From NCBI RefSeq assembly GCF_964204645.1, contig NC_134029.1, positions 3,720,001-3,784,000 on the forward strand: a DNA stretch of 64,000 nt. Direction: 5' to 3'. The number at the start of each line of letters is the position of its first letter. Position 1 is the first letter of the stretch. Source of the stretch: Tubulanus polymorphus. Its lineage: Eukaryota; Animalia; Nemertea. A program made the translations under genes and the position numbers. Positions 52,107 through 64,000 of this stretch are shown here, in pieces. The notes beneath the pieces were generated by a model, which saw only the letters and a program-made list of their open reading frames with translations, made no database searches and was not told where the DNA came from.

Positions 52107-55100
52107 TCAGTCATTACTTAATGAATACTTAAAATCTTTCGATTCTTTCGGAGGCTTTTCACGTACGAAATATGGCACGGATCCGAGCGGTACGGGGTAA
52201 TTCCTCAACCACGCCCCTCGTTTGATCGTATAGATAGCCGCGTGTTCCGGAGACTTCCATCGTCCGGCGGTCAGATAAACGTCGCGACGTCGTTCTCCCT
52301 TGTTCACAGAGGGCGCAACAATCACGTCATCACCCAGCATAAACTGATCGTCGATTACCTGCGCGTAACGATCGTCGTGCTGCGCCGTCCACCACATCGG
52401 ACGGATAATCGGGTCACCGGTGACCGACGCGTGCTCTGCTAATCTCTTCACGATCGGAAACACGAAATCCTCGTGAAGTTTCGCGAGTTTCTTCGCGATG
52501 ACGACGACCGAATCGTTGTATTGCCACGGCAACGTCGAGAATTCGAACGCCGGCAGAAAAACGGCGATTCCCAACCATCGTACGTAGAGCTCTTCTGGTG
52601 GGATCGTCACTTTAGAATCATTCGCTGTATTACGTATAGCGCTGCTACCGACTTGTAAACTCAAATACGGATAACCGTGCAAACCGAGTGTGAGTACAGT
52701 CGGTATAATCGTCTTCAAACCGTTCTGCGAGCCCCAGTTATTCTGTTTGCCTTCGATATTCATCAGAAGCGGTAAATGTTGAGTATGAGCGCCGACCGAT
52801 ACCTGCGTCTGGTCACCCCATTTAAGCGCTAAGGCGATATATTTCTCGACGAATGAGTCCGGATTGCTTAGATTCGCGTAGAACATCGGTTTTTTCGGTA
52901 ACCAGCCGATTTCTCCTCCCGCAACGCGAAAGATGCGCACGCCGTTTTCATTGACGATACGCTCTAGACTGTTATAGAACCATTTGGCGGCGGCCGGATT
53001 CGTGAAATCGCGCACGCAACCTTTACCACGCCACCACGACACGATACCGGGCAGTTTATCGAGGCTGGTTTTCACGTAGTAATCGTTGACGATGCCGGTG
53101 TGGAACTCGACGGAATCAGTGTTGACGAACGGATGAATCCACAGCGTTAGATTAAACCCGATTCGTCTGAGTTCGTCGACCATAGCGGTCGCGTTCGGGA
53201 ATTTGATCGCGTTGAATTTCAAATCGCCGTAACGATTCTCCCAGCCGTCGTGCAGTACGAGGTAACTGTTACGAAACCCGCGGGCCTTGATTGTCTCGGC
53301 CAGGTCGACGACGTCTGCCTGCGTTACGTTCGTACCGAATCGACCCCACGTCGACCACGCCGGATACCGAAATAAACTCATCGCCGGCACGTGCGCGGCG
53401 AATCGAGTCATATTCGCGAGCGTGAATCGGTGCACGCCGAGCATATCCTTGCCGCGACACAGTTCGTAGTTCAGACTCGGTTTATGCCCGCGGTACGGCG
53501 TATCGCGATACGCCGCGCTTAAACATAACTTATCGCCGTCGAAGCTGACGGATAGTGGGACGTCTTCGTCGACGGTCAGCGATATTCCCTTCGACGATAA
53601 CCAGTAACGCTCGACCACCGAACCGTACTCGCCGTCGAACATGTTACCGGTTAAATACGGCTCGAGTGAATGATTCTGACGATCCATCGGCCACAGTTGA
53701 TTCGGTATGATCGCGCCGCCGTACCAGTGACCGCTCAAATCGTAACAATCCATGAGCGGGTATTCGTCGCTTACGGCCGTCCAACTGACGCGGAAACACG
53801 AGATATCCTTGCTGATATCGTGGCCGGAATATTTGATATCCAGTTGACCGTATTTACGCCACAATAAAGAAAGATGCAACTTGCTGTCTCTGTCGGAGCA
53901 GGTTTTCGGGAGGCCCAAGTAAGGCATCGTGACGCCGAGTTTCCCTTTCAGTCGAATGTCTTCGGTATCATTTTCCCGATCAACGATCTACAAAAACAGA
54001 AACGTGATTATTGATAAGGAAATCATAATCACCCGATCATCCTCCCTCAGCACGGATTCGAACCTGATAGCAGCGTTTGACTCAGCTACGGCGAGAAACC
54101 CTGCCGCTGCAAAAATGAAACAGGATTTCTGATAATAATGACATCACTCGGGCTAGTCAGGCAGGGTTTCATAACGCGGTGAGTCTTAATGCCATCAGGT
54201 TTGTATCCCTGCCCATAGATTTCAAGTGAGAATCCACCAGTATCCTCCCCTGAAATCTATGGGAAGTTTGTGCACTTTATGAAAGGGATGTAGCAAAAGA
54301 ATTTTGAAAACTACCTTGAATGTTCGTTTATCTTCGCTGAAGACGATTTTCATCGCGATTTCAACTTGGTACATTTTACGATCATACTGCAGCCACACGA
54401 CAGTAACGCCCCCTACAATTATGACGAACAGGAACACGAGCAATGTCTTCAGTCTGTACTCTTTCGGTTTGATGATCTCAACTTTCTTTTTCGGCGGAGG
54501 TGGCACGATGTCATGCTGAAAATTGAACACACATTTTGGCAGTTAGAGAACTTGTTTCTGTAAAGGGAAGGCTTTTGAATCTCAGATATCCTTCATTGAT
54601 TATAATCCATGGAACCAATGTTAATTTTTTTTGTATATAAGATTAAATGTTGTTTCTGAAACCACTAAGGTTATTAAGAGTAAATTCATATACTATACCC
54701 AACCACAATATAAGTATCTTAAAAAGTAAAACGTATCTTATTTCATATATGTTTACATTTTTCCTAAGGGATCATTCATTTATTACGTACGCATGAGGGG
54801 TGGGTCAAATTTCACACGTAATAAATGAATGATACCTAAGTAGCTACTGTGAGATATTCTTATACGTGTATATAATTGTTATCGCCTTTCAATCAAACCC
54901 ATGAATAGGATCAAGAGCAAGCTTTGAAAATGTTTTTAAAGGAATGTAAGCTGAAGCATAGCACTTAAATAACTACACAAAATTTTTTTCTAGAAATCTG
55001 AGCAAAAGGGTTTGACTAGGAAAATCATGTTATGGTTTGAATTTGGCTTGAAAATTACTCCACATGGTTCATGTGATGTGTGATGACGGGGATTTCGGTC

Positions 55101-58100
55101 AATTTGATCAATATGATGCAATTACGACAAAAGCCATGAAAACCAATTAAGCAGCCTGCATATCGGTGTAGTTAGGTTATTAGATTGCCACAGGTGAACA
55201 GTGGTGAAATTATCAATGTGATATATTATTACATAGGCATTTAGTTTACAAGTGAACAGGTGCTCAACTCTCAGCGTTAGAAACAAAATAGGACGAACTT
55301 ATATCAGTTTTTTATGACATCGACATGAACTACTGAACAAATATACCTATCACACAATGTACACGTGCTTGAAAGCTAAAACTTGTCTTTCAGTAAAATG
55401 TCAGAACAGCGAGGTTAAGTTCTACACACACTAAAACAACAATTCCACACCACATCAAACAGTTAGTAGTAAACGCTGTGCAAATACATCAGAAGAAGTG
55501 TCATCTAAGAGACCCTAGACACTCTACTCTGCATGCTGGTGCTAGAGAAACTAACGTCGGGGCGGGGAGGTCAAGAGAAGCCTACAACTAAAATAGAAAG
55601 TCCTAAAATCCAGCACTTATAGTCCCCTACAGCCTCAGCCTAGGAAGATTATGCCAAAGGCTTCTATGTTGTGTGCAGTTTTGGAATTGGTCCCGACATA
55701 AAGAATCACTGACGACGAAGTCTGGAGGTCGGAAAACAAATCTACACACAAGTTAAAACATCAAGTGAATGAAGCCTATGAAGGTGTTCTAAATTGTGAC
55801 ATCGGTGTTTTTGCGAATAAAGTTTACCGAATGACGTCTTATTTTAGGCTTCTGTTTCGCGCCGTATTCGACGTCTGGTTCCGGGAAGAGTAGGTTGGCA
55901 AATACAACCGCTCTTCGACTAGGAGCGCCACGATACTCACTACTAGTCATCTCTCTTACACTCCTCTCACAGCGAACTGTTAATCGTTAAATTCGGAGAA
56001 AAAGAAAACGAAAAATTTCTAGTGAATTCACAACAAAAATTATTTAGAAGAAACTAAAATGCTAACAGCATGCCTGGTGTTAGAATTGATGAAACCTCGA
56101 TTTAAACTTAAACACGTTGCAAACTCAAGGACTTTTTCCGATTCCTCACATTCAATTTTCATCATTTTCTAACGAGGTTCCATCAAATGTTACGAAATCC
56201 TACAATAGTGATTCTAGAAGATTTACGTTGAAACTGTCCAAGAACGGGGACAGAAGGCGATCTTTCAACGAGTCATGAAATTGTGGCCGATCGTCGGGTA
56301 TTAACTGGAAAAAAAGTTTTATAAAAAAAAGAATTACGAAAATTATCAAAAATCGGCAGCTGTGACTACATTGGATGTTTATTGTAGTTTAACCCTTTTG
56401 AAGCTATAGCGCAAAAGAACACATGGTTTTTGAGAATAGCTGATAGCCCATTGTTGTATCAGATGTTATATATGAATATTTTTCCATTTTCAATATAATA
56501 TTCCGCATACACGAAGCTTTCGTCAAGCACAAATAAATCATTGCTCGACTTCAAAGCAAAATAGTAAATTGTAGTCTGCATAGCTTTTAATTATGAATCG
56601 AAATACCTATATGTTCTGCCTGTGTCTGAATTCAGTATATTATTGCAGTTATTGTGAGATCATATTTTCAAAGAGCGAGAGACATTGCATCGGCATATAT
56701 TACTTTACAGCGAATTCAAAGCAACAGATGTGGCAAACGCGATATTTAATAGTTTTAAAATAAGCCTAATCAAATTTGATTGAATTCGAATAATCTAACG
56801 AATTGATCTGATATTCTTATCATGTGGTCTATTGATACCAGTAAACGGGTTATGTTAATTGATATGAATAGACGAGTCCAAACTAGAATCTATGCAAAAA
56901 TACTGGAGGGAACGAGGATACACGTAGGCCTATTAGAAAGTGCTTTTCAAATTACATTGATGATGACAATTCCGTGATGAAGGGGTTGATTTTATTGCGA
57001 CAAAGGAGATTTCATGGGAGCATTTTAAATCGTGTATCATAATAAATGCGATCATTTACAAATGGGAATATCAATGATGGAAATTTGGTGAAGAAAGGGT
57101 TGATCTTGATAAAATTCTTATTCTGACAAAGATCTTATGGGAGCATTTTAAATCATAGTAAATCCAATCATTAACGAACGGGAATACCACCGGGAATCGC
57201 GTGTACAAAATCAATACTCCATCCGTACACGTATTTGCAGTATTTTGTATAGCATTGAGATATATAAGATGATAAGCAATTATATAAAGATAAGGCTTTT
57301 TTATCAGGTATACATATTTGTTTACTACCTCGATAGCGACTAGGGGTTTGTTACTGGTGGGTATGGCTACGCGGCCATCAATCGAACGTACTGGTGGCCG
57401 TGAAACAGCGCGGCCAGCTCGAATCCATGTAGCCATAATCGCTGAAATGTGTCGTAAACACACAGAAACAGTTGAAATAATGATGTATGATATAATGAAT
57501 TGTAACTTGAAAAAAATAGCTTTTATGGTAAAGAAGAAATTAGATTAAATCATGTAACAACACATTGAAATAGCACACCACAGATTCAATTTCTGACAAT
57601 ATCATCACATTTTTGCGAAGTTACTTCATGATGGTTTCCTCGACCAACTTTTGAACAAGGACCCATTTCCACAGTTGCTGAGTCGAGAATTGACTTAAGA
57701 GTTAACTCATTGAAAATGAACTAATTCCAACTCTTACTTATACAGATCAGTTGTTCCGGGATAACCTATAAGGGGGTATCAAATAGTTTTAAGGAGAACA
57801 TTTCAAGTGGAGTAACAGAAAGAACCTGGTTCCAACTGTACTGATTTCCGCATAGTCTAATGAACAACTTCTCAAGTATCTTATTGCCTATTTCCCAGAA
57901 TTGAAGGAGTTTTAAAGTATTTTCTGCCGTTTCAAGCACATTCAGAGCAAGAAGGAATTTTTGAGGAATCAAGGAGTCGTGTAGACCCAGTCATAACTGT
58001 GGAACTGATCCTGGATATCTTAACTGTAATTAATATCGTTAGGCCTACAGCTTTAAAAAATATACCTTCGATATCGATGGTCCGAATCCGTTGAAAAATG

Positions 58101-58821
58101 AATAGCTACACTTCTCCAAAACAAGATTACTCGACGATTTCTTCTTTTTCTTTTTCGGCGGAGGAGGAGACTGCGGCGTCGACGGTTTCAAGCGAGCGGC
58201 GAGCCAAGGACTTTCAGAAGTTGACCCGACCGATGATTGCGTAACGTCGCTCCCCTCGATAGGAGCGAGTTTTACTAAATTATCAACGCTCCAGTTGACT
58301 GATTTACTGATTTTCCGTCGTGGTACGATCAGCTGATTATCCGACGTGACCGTGTGATACAATCGATCGTCGCTGCTCTCTAACGACTCAGGGAATAATC
58401 CGATCAGTGAACTTGGCGGTTTTAGGATCGAAGATATTTTTCTCGGTAAAATCGCCTCCGATTCCTTACACCTAACTGCGTCCAAGCTACGAACGGTCAA
58501 ATTATCGCTTTCGATATTTTTCAGGTTTTTTGCTGGTTTTATTTTTTCATTTGATGCTTTGTCGATATTTATAGTCGGAATAACTTCAACAGTTTCCGGC
58601 GGTTTGCTTTCGTTATCTACTTTCACGACTTGGAAACGAGAGCGTTTTTCAGTTGGTTTTTCGACATCTTCAACCACGACAGTAGCAGCAGTAGCAGCAG
58701 CAGCAGCAGGTGCGACTTCAGCAGCTATAGCTCCTTCGACATCAGTTGTTGAAATAGCTCTCTCTTCTTCGGGGACAGGGGTCAATTCTGCGGTGGAACC
58801 ATTCGAAAGATCACTTGCCAT
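52107..58821 (-). CDS. MYORG/KIAA1161-like GH31 type II membrane protein, apparently non-catalytic, with alternative first coding exons
   Basis: Shared exons 54515-54315 (TM helix TLLVFLFVIIVGGVTVVWL) and 53987-52107 (HWYGG, YGSVVERYWLSSKG, PAWSTW, LWIHPFVN, DFTNPAAAKWF, ELYVRW, GDPIIRPMWW, DDQFMLGD). Candidate first exons 58821-58066, 57436-57329 and 55950-55828 each end in a phase-0 GT donor. Confidence 0.85.
54768..54836. mobile_element. 69-bp Tourist/Harbinger-like palindromic MITE
   Basis: GGGATCATTCATTTATTACGT / ACGTAATAAATGAATGATACC with TAA on both sides. Confidence 0.75.
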
Positions 58822-60408
58822 AACTCATCTATGAAAGATATTTGAACAATTTTGCACACGAGGAAAAAACAACTTCTTTTTTTATCAGTTACTAAGAAAT
58901 TTTAACTTTTTTACTTTGTGATGATTGAAATGAATCGAAGAATGTGACGACTGACGTGAGTGTAGAGACCGAAGGTGACACTTATAAAAAACATCAGCTT
59001 ACCGCAAGAATCCACAGTAAGAACAACAAACCCAGCAGTAATCAAATCTCATCAACAGCGTAGTTCACAAAATCGTCCGTCATAGAGCAGAAATTTTTGC
59101 CGAACTTTGGAACTTTGACACTGACAGTAATTTGTGAACCCGGAAGCAAGTTTGGTAGCAGTTATTTCGAATGACGCAAATTCTATGACGTCACATTTCA
59201 GCAAAACTAAGTGAGTTCGAATCCGCCAATTCACGCACCGATATAAACCTGGCGATCACTTGATGAAATTGAAATAATTATCAAAAATAATTGGCGTTGT
59301 AACATTTTTTGCAATGATATCCAGCAGCATTTGACACCGGGAGTCATATTTTCAGGGGTCGCCAAACTATGGTTAATCTGTCCACGCCTTTCCCAGTCTT
59401 TCTGGCCCGCGCTTAGTCCCCTCGGCCGGGCTGGGTATTGGCTTCCATTTCGTTCTCATTATTTCATTTCACCACTAAGCTGGTAATAAACTAGCTGTTA
59501 ACCGACCGTCAACTATACAACTACCGGAAAGTGTTTTTCAATAGAATCAATGCCTTCCAAATGACTGGCTGCTGGGGCTGATTCAGATCACGAATTAATG
59601 ATTGCAACGGAAACGTTAGAATAATAACCCGCAATCGATTCTAGCGCTAAATACTATACGCAACTATGGTTACCAGAACTTTCGGGAATTGTCAACACTG
59701 GTGACATTTACTTTCAGAGATTACAATCTAGCCGGCAGGATTAAGTTACTGATACCTTGTTTTCATCGAAAAATAAAGGCACAGACACCGACAAATTTCG
59801 ACCGGATTTTGATGTGACATTTAATAACGGATTAGCAGATATCAAAATGGATTTTTTTTAAATATTTCATTAGTGCTGAGTCGTGACTGATATTTCACGC
59901 ATTTTTCCCGATTTTTTGTCTCGATCAGGTCACAGATAGAATTTGATTGACAGGAATTTTTCACTCGTCACGCTTGACACAATCAAAACAGGCTTAAACG
60001 TCGAAGATTTACTTCTAATGCATGTACTGGTGCGAACTAACCAGGGGACCGTCGACGCTCATTCATTCTTTCGGAGTTATTACCAAAACAAGAGATTTGA
60101 TATATAACGTCGTGTCGTTCACAGTTCAAGTGTTAAAAAGTTTGTGTAGATTTAGTAAATAGACGGCGTATATAGTTTTCTGTTGGCACGCTCAACTCGT
60201 CTTACTACTAGCTTATACCAAACGAGAACACAAACCTTACCTTGACAATAGAAAAACATATCATTACATCATTATCATTAGGTAAGTGTATCATAAAAAA
60301 TGTGTGTTTTAGATAATGGCAATGTAAAACTTCGGTATTATCTAGTATAGTGAATTCATTGTCAACAAAACTTTCGATTGATTACAATTCAGGCATAAAC
60401 GATCGACT

Positions 60409-60843
60409 ATGCCACAAACAAGGCATCGTACGGCCACCATTCGCTCATCGGTCAGACCGAAAAGTTCGAAGCAGCCTTGGGGAACGATTATACAGCCCGA
60501 ATTCGGTATGGGGTACCAACAGTTGACCAATTACGAGGTTCGACAGACTGTTGACAGGTTGTATTATGTACCGGACGTGAAAGAAAGAACCCAACAGAAA
60601 CCGCATATGAAACCGATGACGCGCTCTGCAGTTGAAGATATGGTCAGTTTTTTCTTATTTTGCTGAAGTTTTTTTTAATGCGCAGCACAGTGCCTATTTA
60701 AAAAGGTTAAATTCCGATTTCAGGTGGACAGACTTTCGAAAGCAGACAAAAATAATTCCGTGGATAGTAACAGAACTCAGGCTAACTCGATTTATAAGAA
60801 TATGGGTGTTGTGAATTCATTCGCGTGGAAGGGATACAACTGA
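60409..60843 (+). CDS. Uncharacterised small basic protein, 117 aa, 2 coding exons
   Basis: 60409-60642 joins in phase 0 (gtcagt...ttcag) to 60724-60843. There is an upstream UTR intron (gtaagt at 60282, acceptor near 60392) and AATAAA at 60932. Confidence 0.8.
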
Positions 60844-61344
60844 TTATCCCTCCACTGCTGCAGTCGGTCGGTCTTCCTTGCTATATACATGTATAAGTTG
60901 TGAATGCATCAAGACGTATATTGTATTGTATAATAAACTTAACAATTTTTCTAGAAATTTTTTCTAGTATAGTATCTTATCTTCTAGAATCTTGATTGAA
61001 CTTTTCGAAACTTGATGGCTTCGGGCCCTGGCAATCGCAGTGGTAGCGTTGCCCGGGTAGGGAAGTACGGCAGAACAAACTAGTTTGACAAATCCTGTGC
61101 CCTGTACTATCAGTAGTTTCGACGTTGAAATCATTTCTATGGATCTTTGTGTCCAAAAATGGTTATCATTTTAAGAATTCTATTCTATCTTCACTGTAGT
61201 GTTTAAACGTAGCGTCCTATGGAAAAACATTCACTGGCATGTGAGGGTGCACCGTATGCTACTGCCATCTACAAGCTTACCGTGGTATGTGAGGTTATAT
61301 CTAAGGTGCTGCCATCTGTGTAGCTGATATCGTGGTTAACGCAT

Positions 61345-61390
61345 TTCAAAACAGCCAATCGACGAGCGGCTCGAGATCTCGGTAGCCAAT
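61345..61390 (+). promoter_or_regulatory. Cyclin B promoter: two CCAAT boxes and a reverse CHR-like TTCAAA
   Basis: AGCCAATC with CCAAT at 61355 and 61386 (31-bp spacing), and TTCAAA at 61345-61350. Confidence 0.6.
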
Positions 61391-61577
61391 CAGCATCAAC
61401 CCCGCAATATTTGAGTCGCCATATTGTTTAGTGTTCAGTAATCAGCTGTGAATCACAAATCAGTTAAAGCTTGTACTGACGAATTGAGAAGTTTATAGCG
61501 CTCTGAAAATATTTTCTACGCTACAAGACGTTTATTACGAGTTGATACACGAGAAACAGATACAAAACCAACGCAAA

Positions 61578-63950
61578 ATGTCTCTCGCTGCAAGACACAA
61601 TGCCGTAAGTATCGGGAAAAATCATGACTTCAATTAAAGTTTCAGTTTTGATTTGAGCCTCGCTTGTTGTTAATGTTTTGCGGGGCGTGTGAATGATGGT
61701 GGTGTGAGCGAGGCGCTTAGACTTGTGGGGGTAAAATTTATTTTTAAAAACTCTTGCCCAATACTGTCATTTAAATCCCATATTGGATTCATTGCACAAA
61801 CAAAAAAATTCATTGCACAAACATTGTCGAGCAAAATGGACAATCGTCAATGGATGGAATGAATCAACCACACTCCATATTTCATATCATCTCGGTCAAA
61901 GACAACCCTTATGTTAGCTGGTTAGTGCCATCCTTAAATCTGGTAAAGATCCTGACTAAAATTTGGCTTATAGGCCCTAGGCCTGGGCCTATACTTTGTA
62001 GCTGAGGCCAGCCAGGAGGGTTGTTGAAATTTAGGATTTTGGTCAAAAGGACATACCCTCTGCTAACACTTGTATTGGCAAATGATATGAATTTTCCATC
62101 CAATTTGTTAATTTCTTTCAGAATGTATTTGGTCGATTCAACAATAATGAGAATAAAGACGTCCGTGCTGCTGGTAAAATGGTAACCAGAGCTCAGATAG
62201 GCACACGAGCGGCCTTAGGTGCGCTCACAAACAAAGTCTCAAATCTTGCATTAAATGTAAGTAAAACATTGATTTTGTGGGAATTTTGCTGCAAATTCAT
62301 GTTTTAGGTTTACCTGGTTTTATAAAAATTGGGAATTTCGCTCCGATTTCTAGGCGGGTCTGCCGAAGGAGGGTAAATTACAGAAAAGCAAAGGATTGAG
62401 TGACCTGAAAGCGATAGATAAAGAAAATGCCGGGGCTGTCAGGATAAAGGTATGGAAAAAAGATTTGAATTTATAAACCAGTAAAGTTATATGAATATTT
62501 CCTCAATTTTGGATGAATTTCGTTTCACAGAAGGAAGCAAAACGCGAAGTGAAGCAAGAAATTGCGCCGAAAAAAGAGACGAAAGAAATCGATTTGAAAA
62601 AGTCTGTGAAACAAGAAGAACCACGTCATGAAGCGTTCTCCAGACAGATGCTCGGTCAGATCAATAATATCGATGCTAATGACAGAGGAAATCCACAACT
62701 AGTCACTGAATATGTTAACGATATCTACCAATATATGAGGCATTTAGAGGTTTGTGTCATTTTATTAACTCGTGCTTATTTCAGTTATGCAAAAACAAAA
62801 CAGATGTTTTTATGCAAAATATATCTTCTTGTTGACCTAAGTTGCTACTACTATGTTCCTCTGTATTATGTATGGGTTTTGATATTATATTTTCAGGATA
62901 AATATGCGGTGAAACCTCGATATCTGGAAGGGAGCGAGATTAACGGCCGCATGAGAGCGATTCTTGTCGATTGGTTGGTTCAAGTTCACACGAGATTCAA
63001 TCTGTTGCAGGAGACTCTTTACCTCGCCGTTGCTATTCTAGATCGCTTCTTACAGGTAAAGAACTAAGAACAGCGGTACTGGTCAGTCGGAGACTGTCTA
63101 GGTTCGCAAAACAATCGTACAACTTAAGTCCAGACTGCATCGGACTATTGAAACAAGATTACTCTATCCAATTCGTGTTTTTATACGTTTACAGGTCAAT
63201 CCGGTGCCAAAAAGTAAATTGCAGTTGATCGGAGTTACGGCGATGTTGCTCGCTTCAAAGTACGAAGAAATGTACGCGCCAGAGGTCGGTGATTTCGAGT
63301 ATATCACCGATAACGCTTACACTAAATCCGAAATCAGAAAGGCTGAGGTTTTCATGTTGAAAGCTCTGGATTTCAATCTCGGAAAACCACTCGCGTTACA
63401 TTTCCTGCGTAGGAACTCGAAGGCTGGGGATGTAAGTTTTTTAAGACTAGTCGTGTCAATTAAATGCAGTGTCATTTACAAAACTTGTCCCTTTACTCAT
63501 TTCATTGTTCTCTCATTTTAGGTCGATGCCAATAAACACATGTTGGCTAAATACCTAATTGAACTGACCATAATCGACTACGAAATGGTGCACCACAAAC
63601 CATCGGAAATAGCAGCTGCCGCTCTGAATCTATCAATGAAAATTTACGACCTCCCTTGGGTATGTTCCTTCTACCTCGTAACATTTACTTAAGAGGAAAT
63701 GTTTCTGAAAATTTAAAAAGACGTTTCAAAATCGATTTAATTGCTACTTGAACACAGTTTACCTAAATCAACGATCTAGGGCTCGTTTTGAGTTCCTACT
63801 TGGCTCTCTAGGGAATTGTTAGTTATTTTGACTTGTATTTTGCAGGGCGATACTCTGACGCACTACAGCACGTACAGCGATGACTTCCTGAAACCAATCG
63901 TCTCAAAGATCGCTAATCTAGCAGTTAAAGCGCACCAAGGAAAACTGTTG
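61578..63950 (+). CDS. CCNB: G2/M-specific cyclin B (3' end beyond the window)
   Basis: Exons 61578-61604, 62122-62256 (D-box RAALGALTN), 62354-62449 (KEN), 62531-62749, 62897-63055 ([13 protein letters not shown]), 63195-63431 (ASKYEEMY...[10 protein letters not shown]), 63522-63659 and 63846-63950. Confidence 0.96.
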
Positions 63951-64000
63951 GTAAGTTCATCATCCGTGTGGTGTCCACTGTTCAAGAGGACCATTTGCTC

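Noticed and set aside
60070-60250. RFX X-box-like sites upstream of the small gene
   Set aside because: The matches are too degenerate to support.

Overview
AT-rich, compact, intron-containing animal genomic DNA. An invertebrate, probably lophotrochozoan, origin is my inference. Genes in order: galanin/allatostatin-A-type GPCR (+), PSMA3 (-), CAMK4 (+, 12 coding exons), ALG8 (-, with one U12-type intron), endophilin A (+), CHAF1A (+), a MYORG-like GH31 type II membrane protein (-), a 117-aa two-exon uncharacterised gene (+) and cyclin B (+, truncated by the window end). Introns hold many MITE-like repeats. Main signals the ORF track does not show: (1) a six-exon, phase-consistent antisense gene nested in endophilin intron 5, possibly KNL1-like tandem RWD; (2) a cluster of in-frame 3-12 nt microexon candidates at the endophilin BAR-tip intron; (3) a MYORG-like protein that appears to lack both catalytic Asp residues and has three candidate alternative cytosolic N-termini, one carrying RFxV, SILK and RVxF-type docking motifs; (4) two tandem minimal hammerhead ribozyme cores in a CAMK4 intron. 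All exon models were assembled by eye without transcript data, and homology calls rest on recalled family motifs, not database searches.
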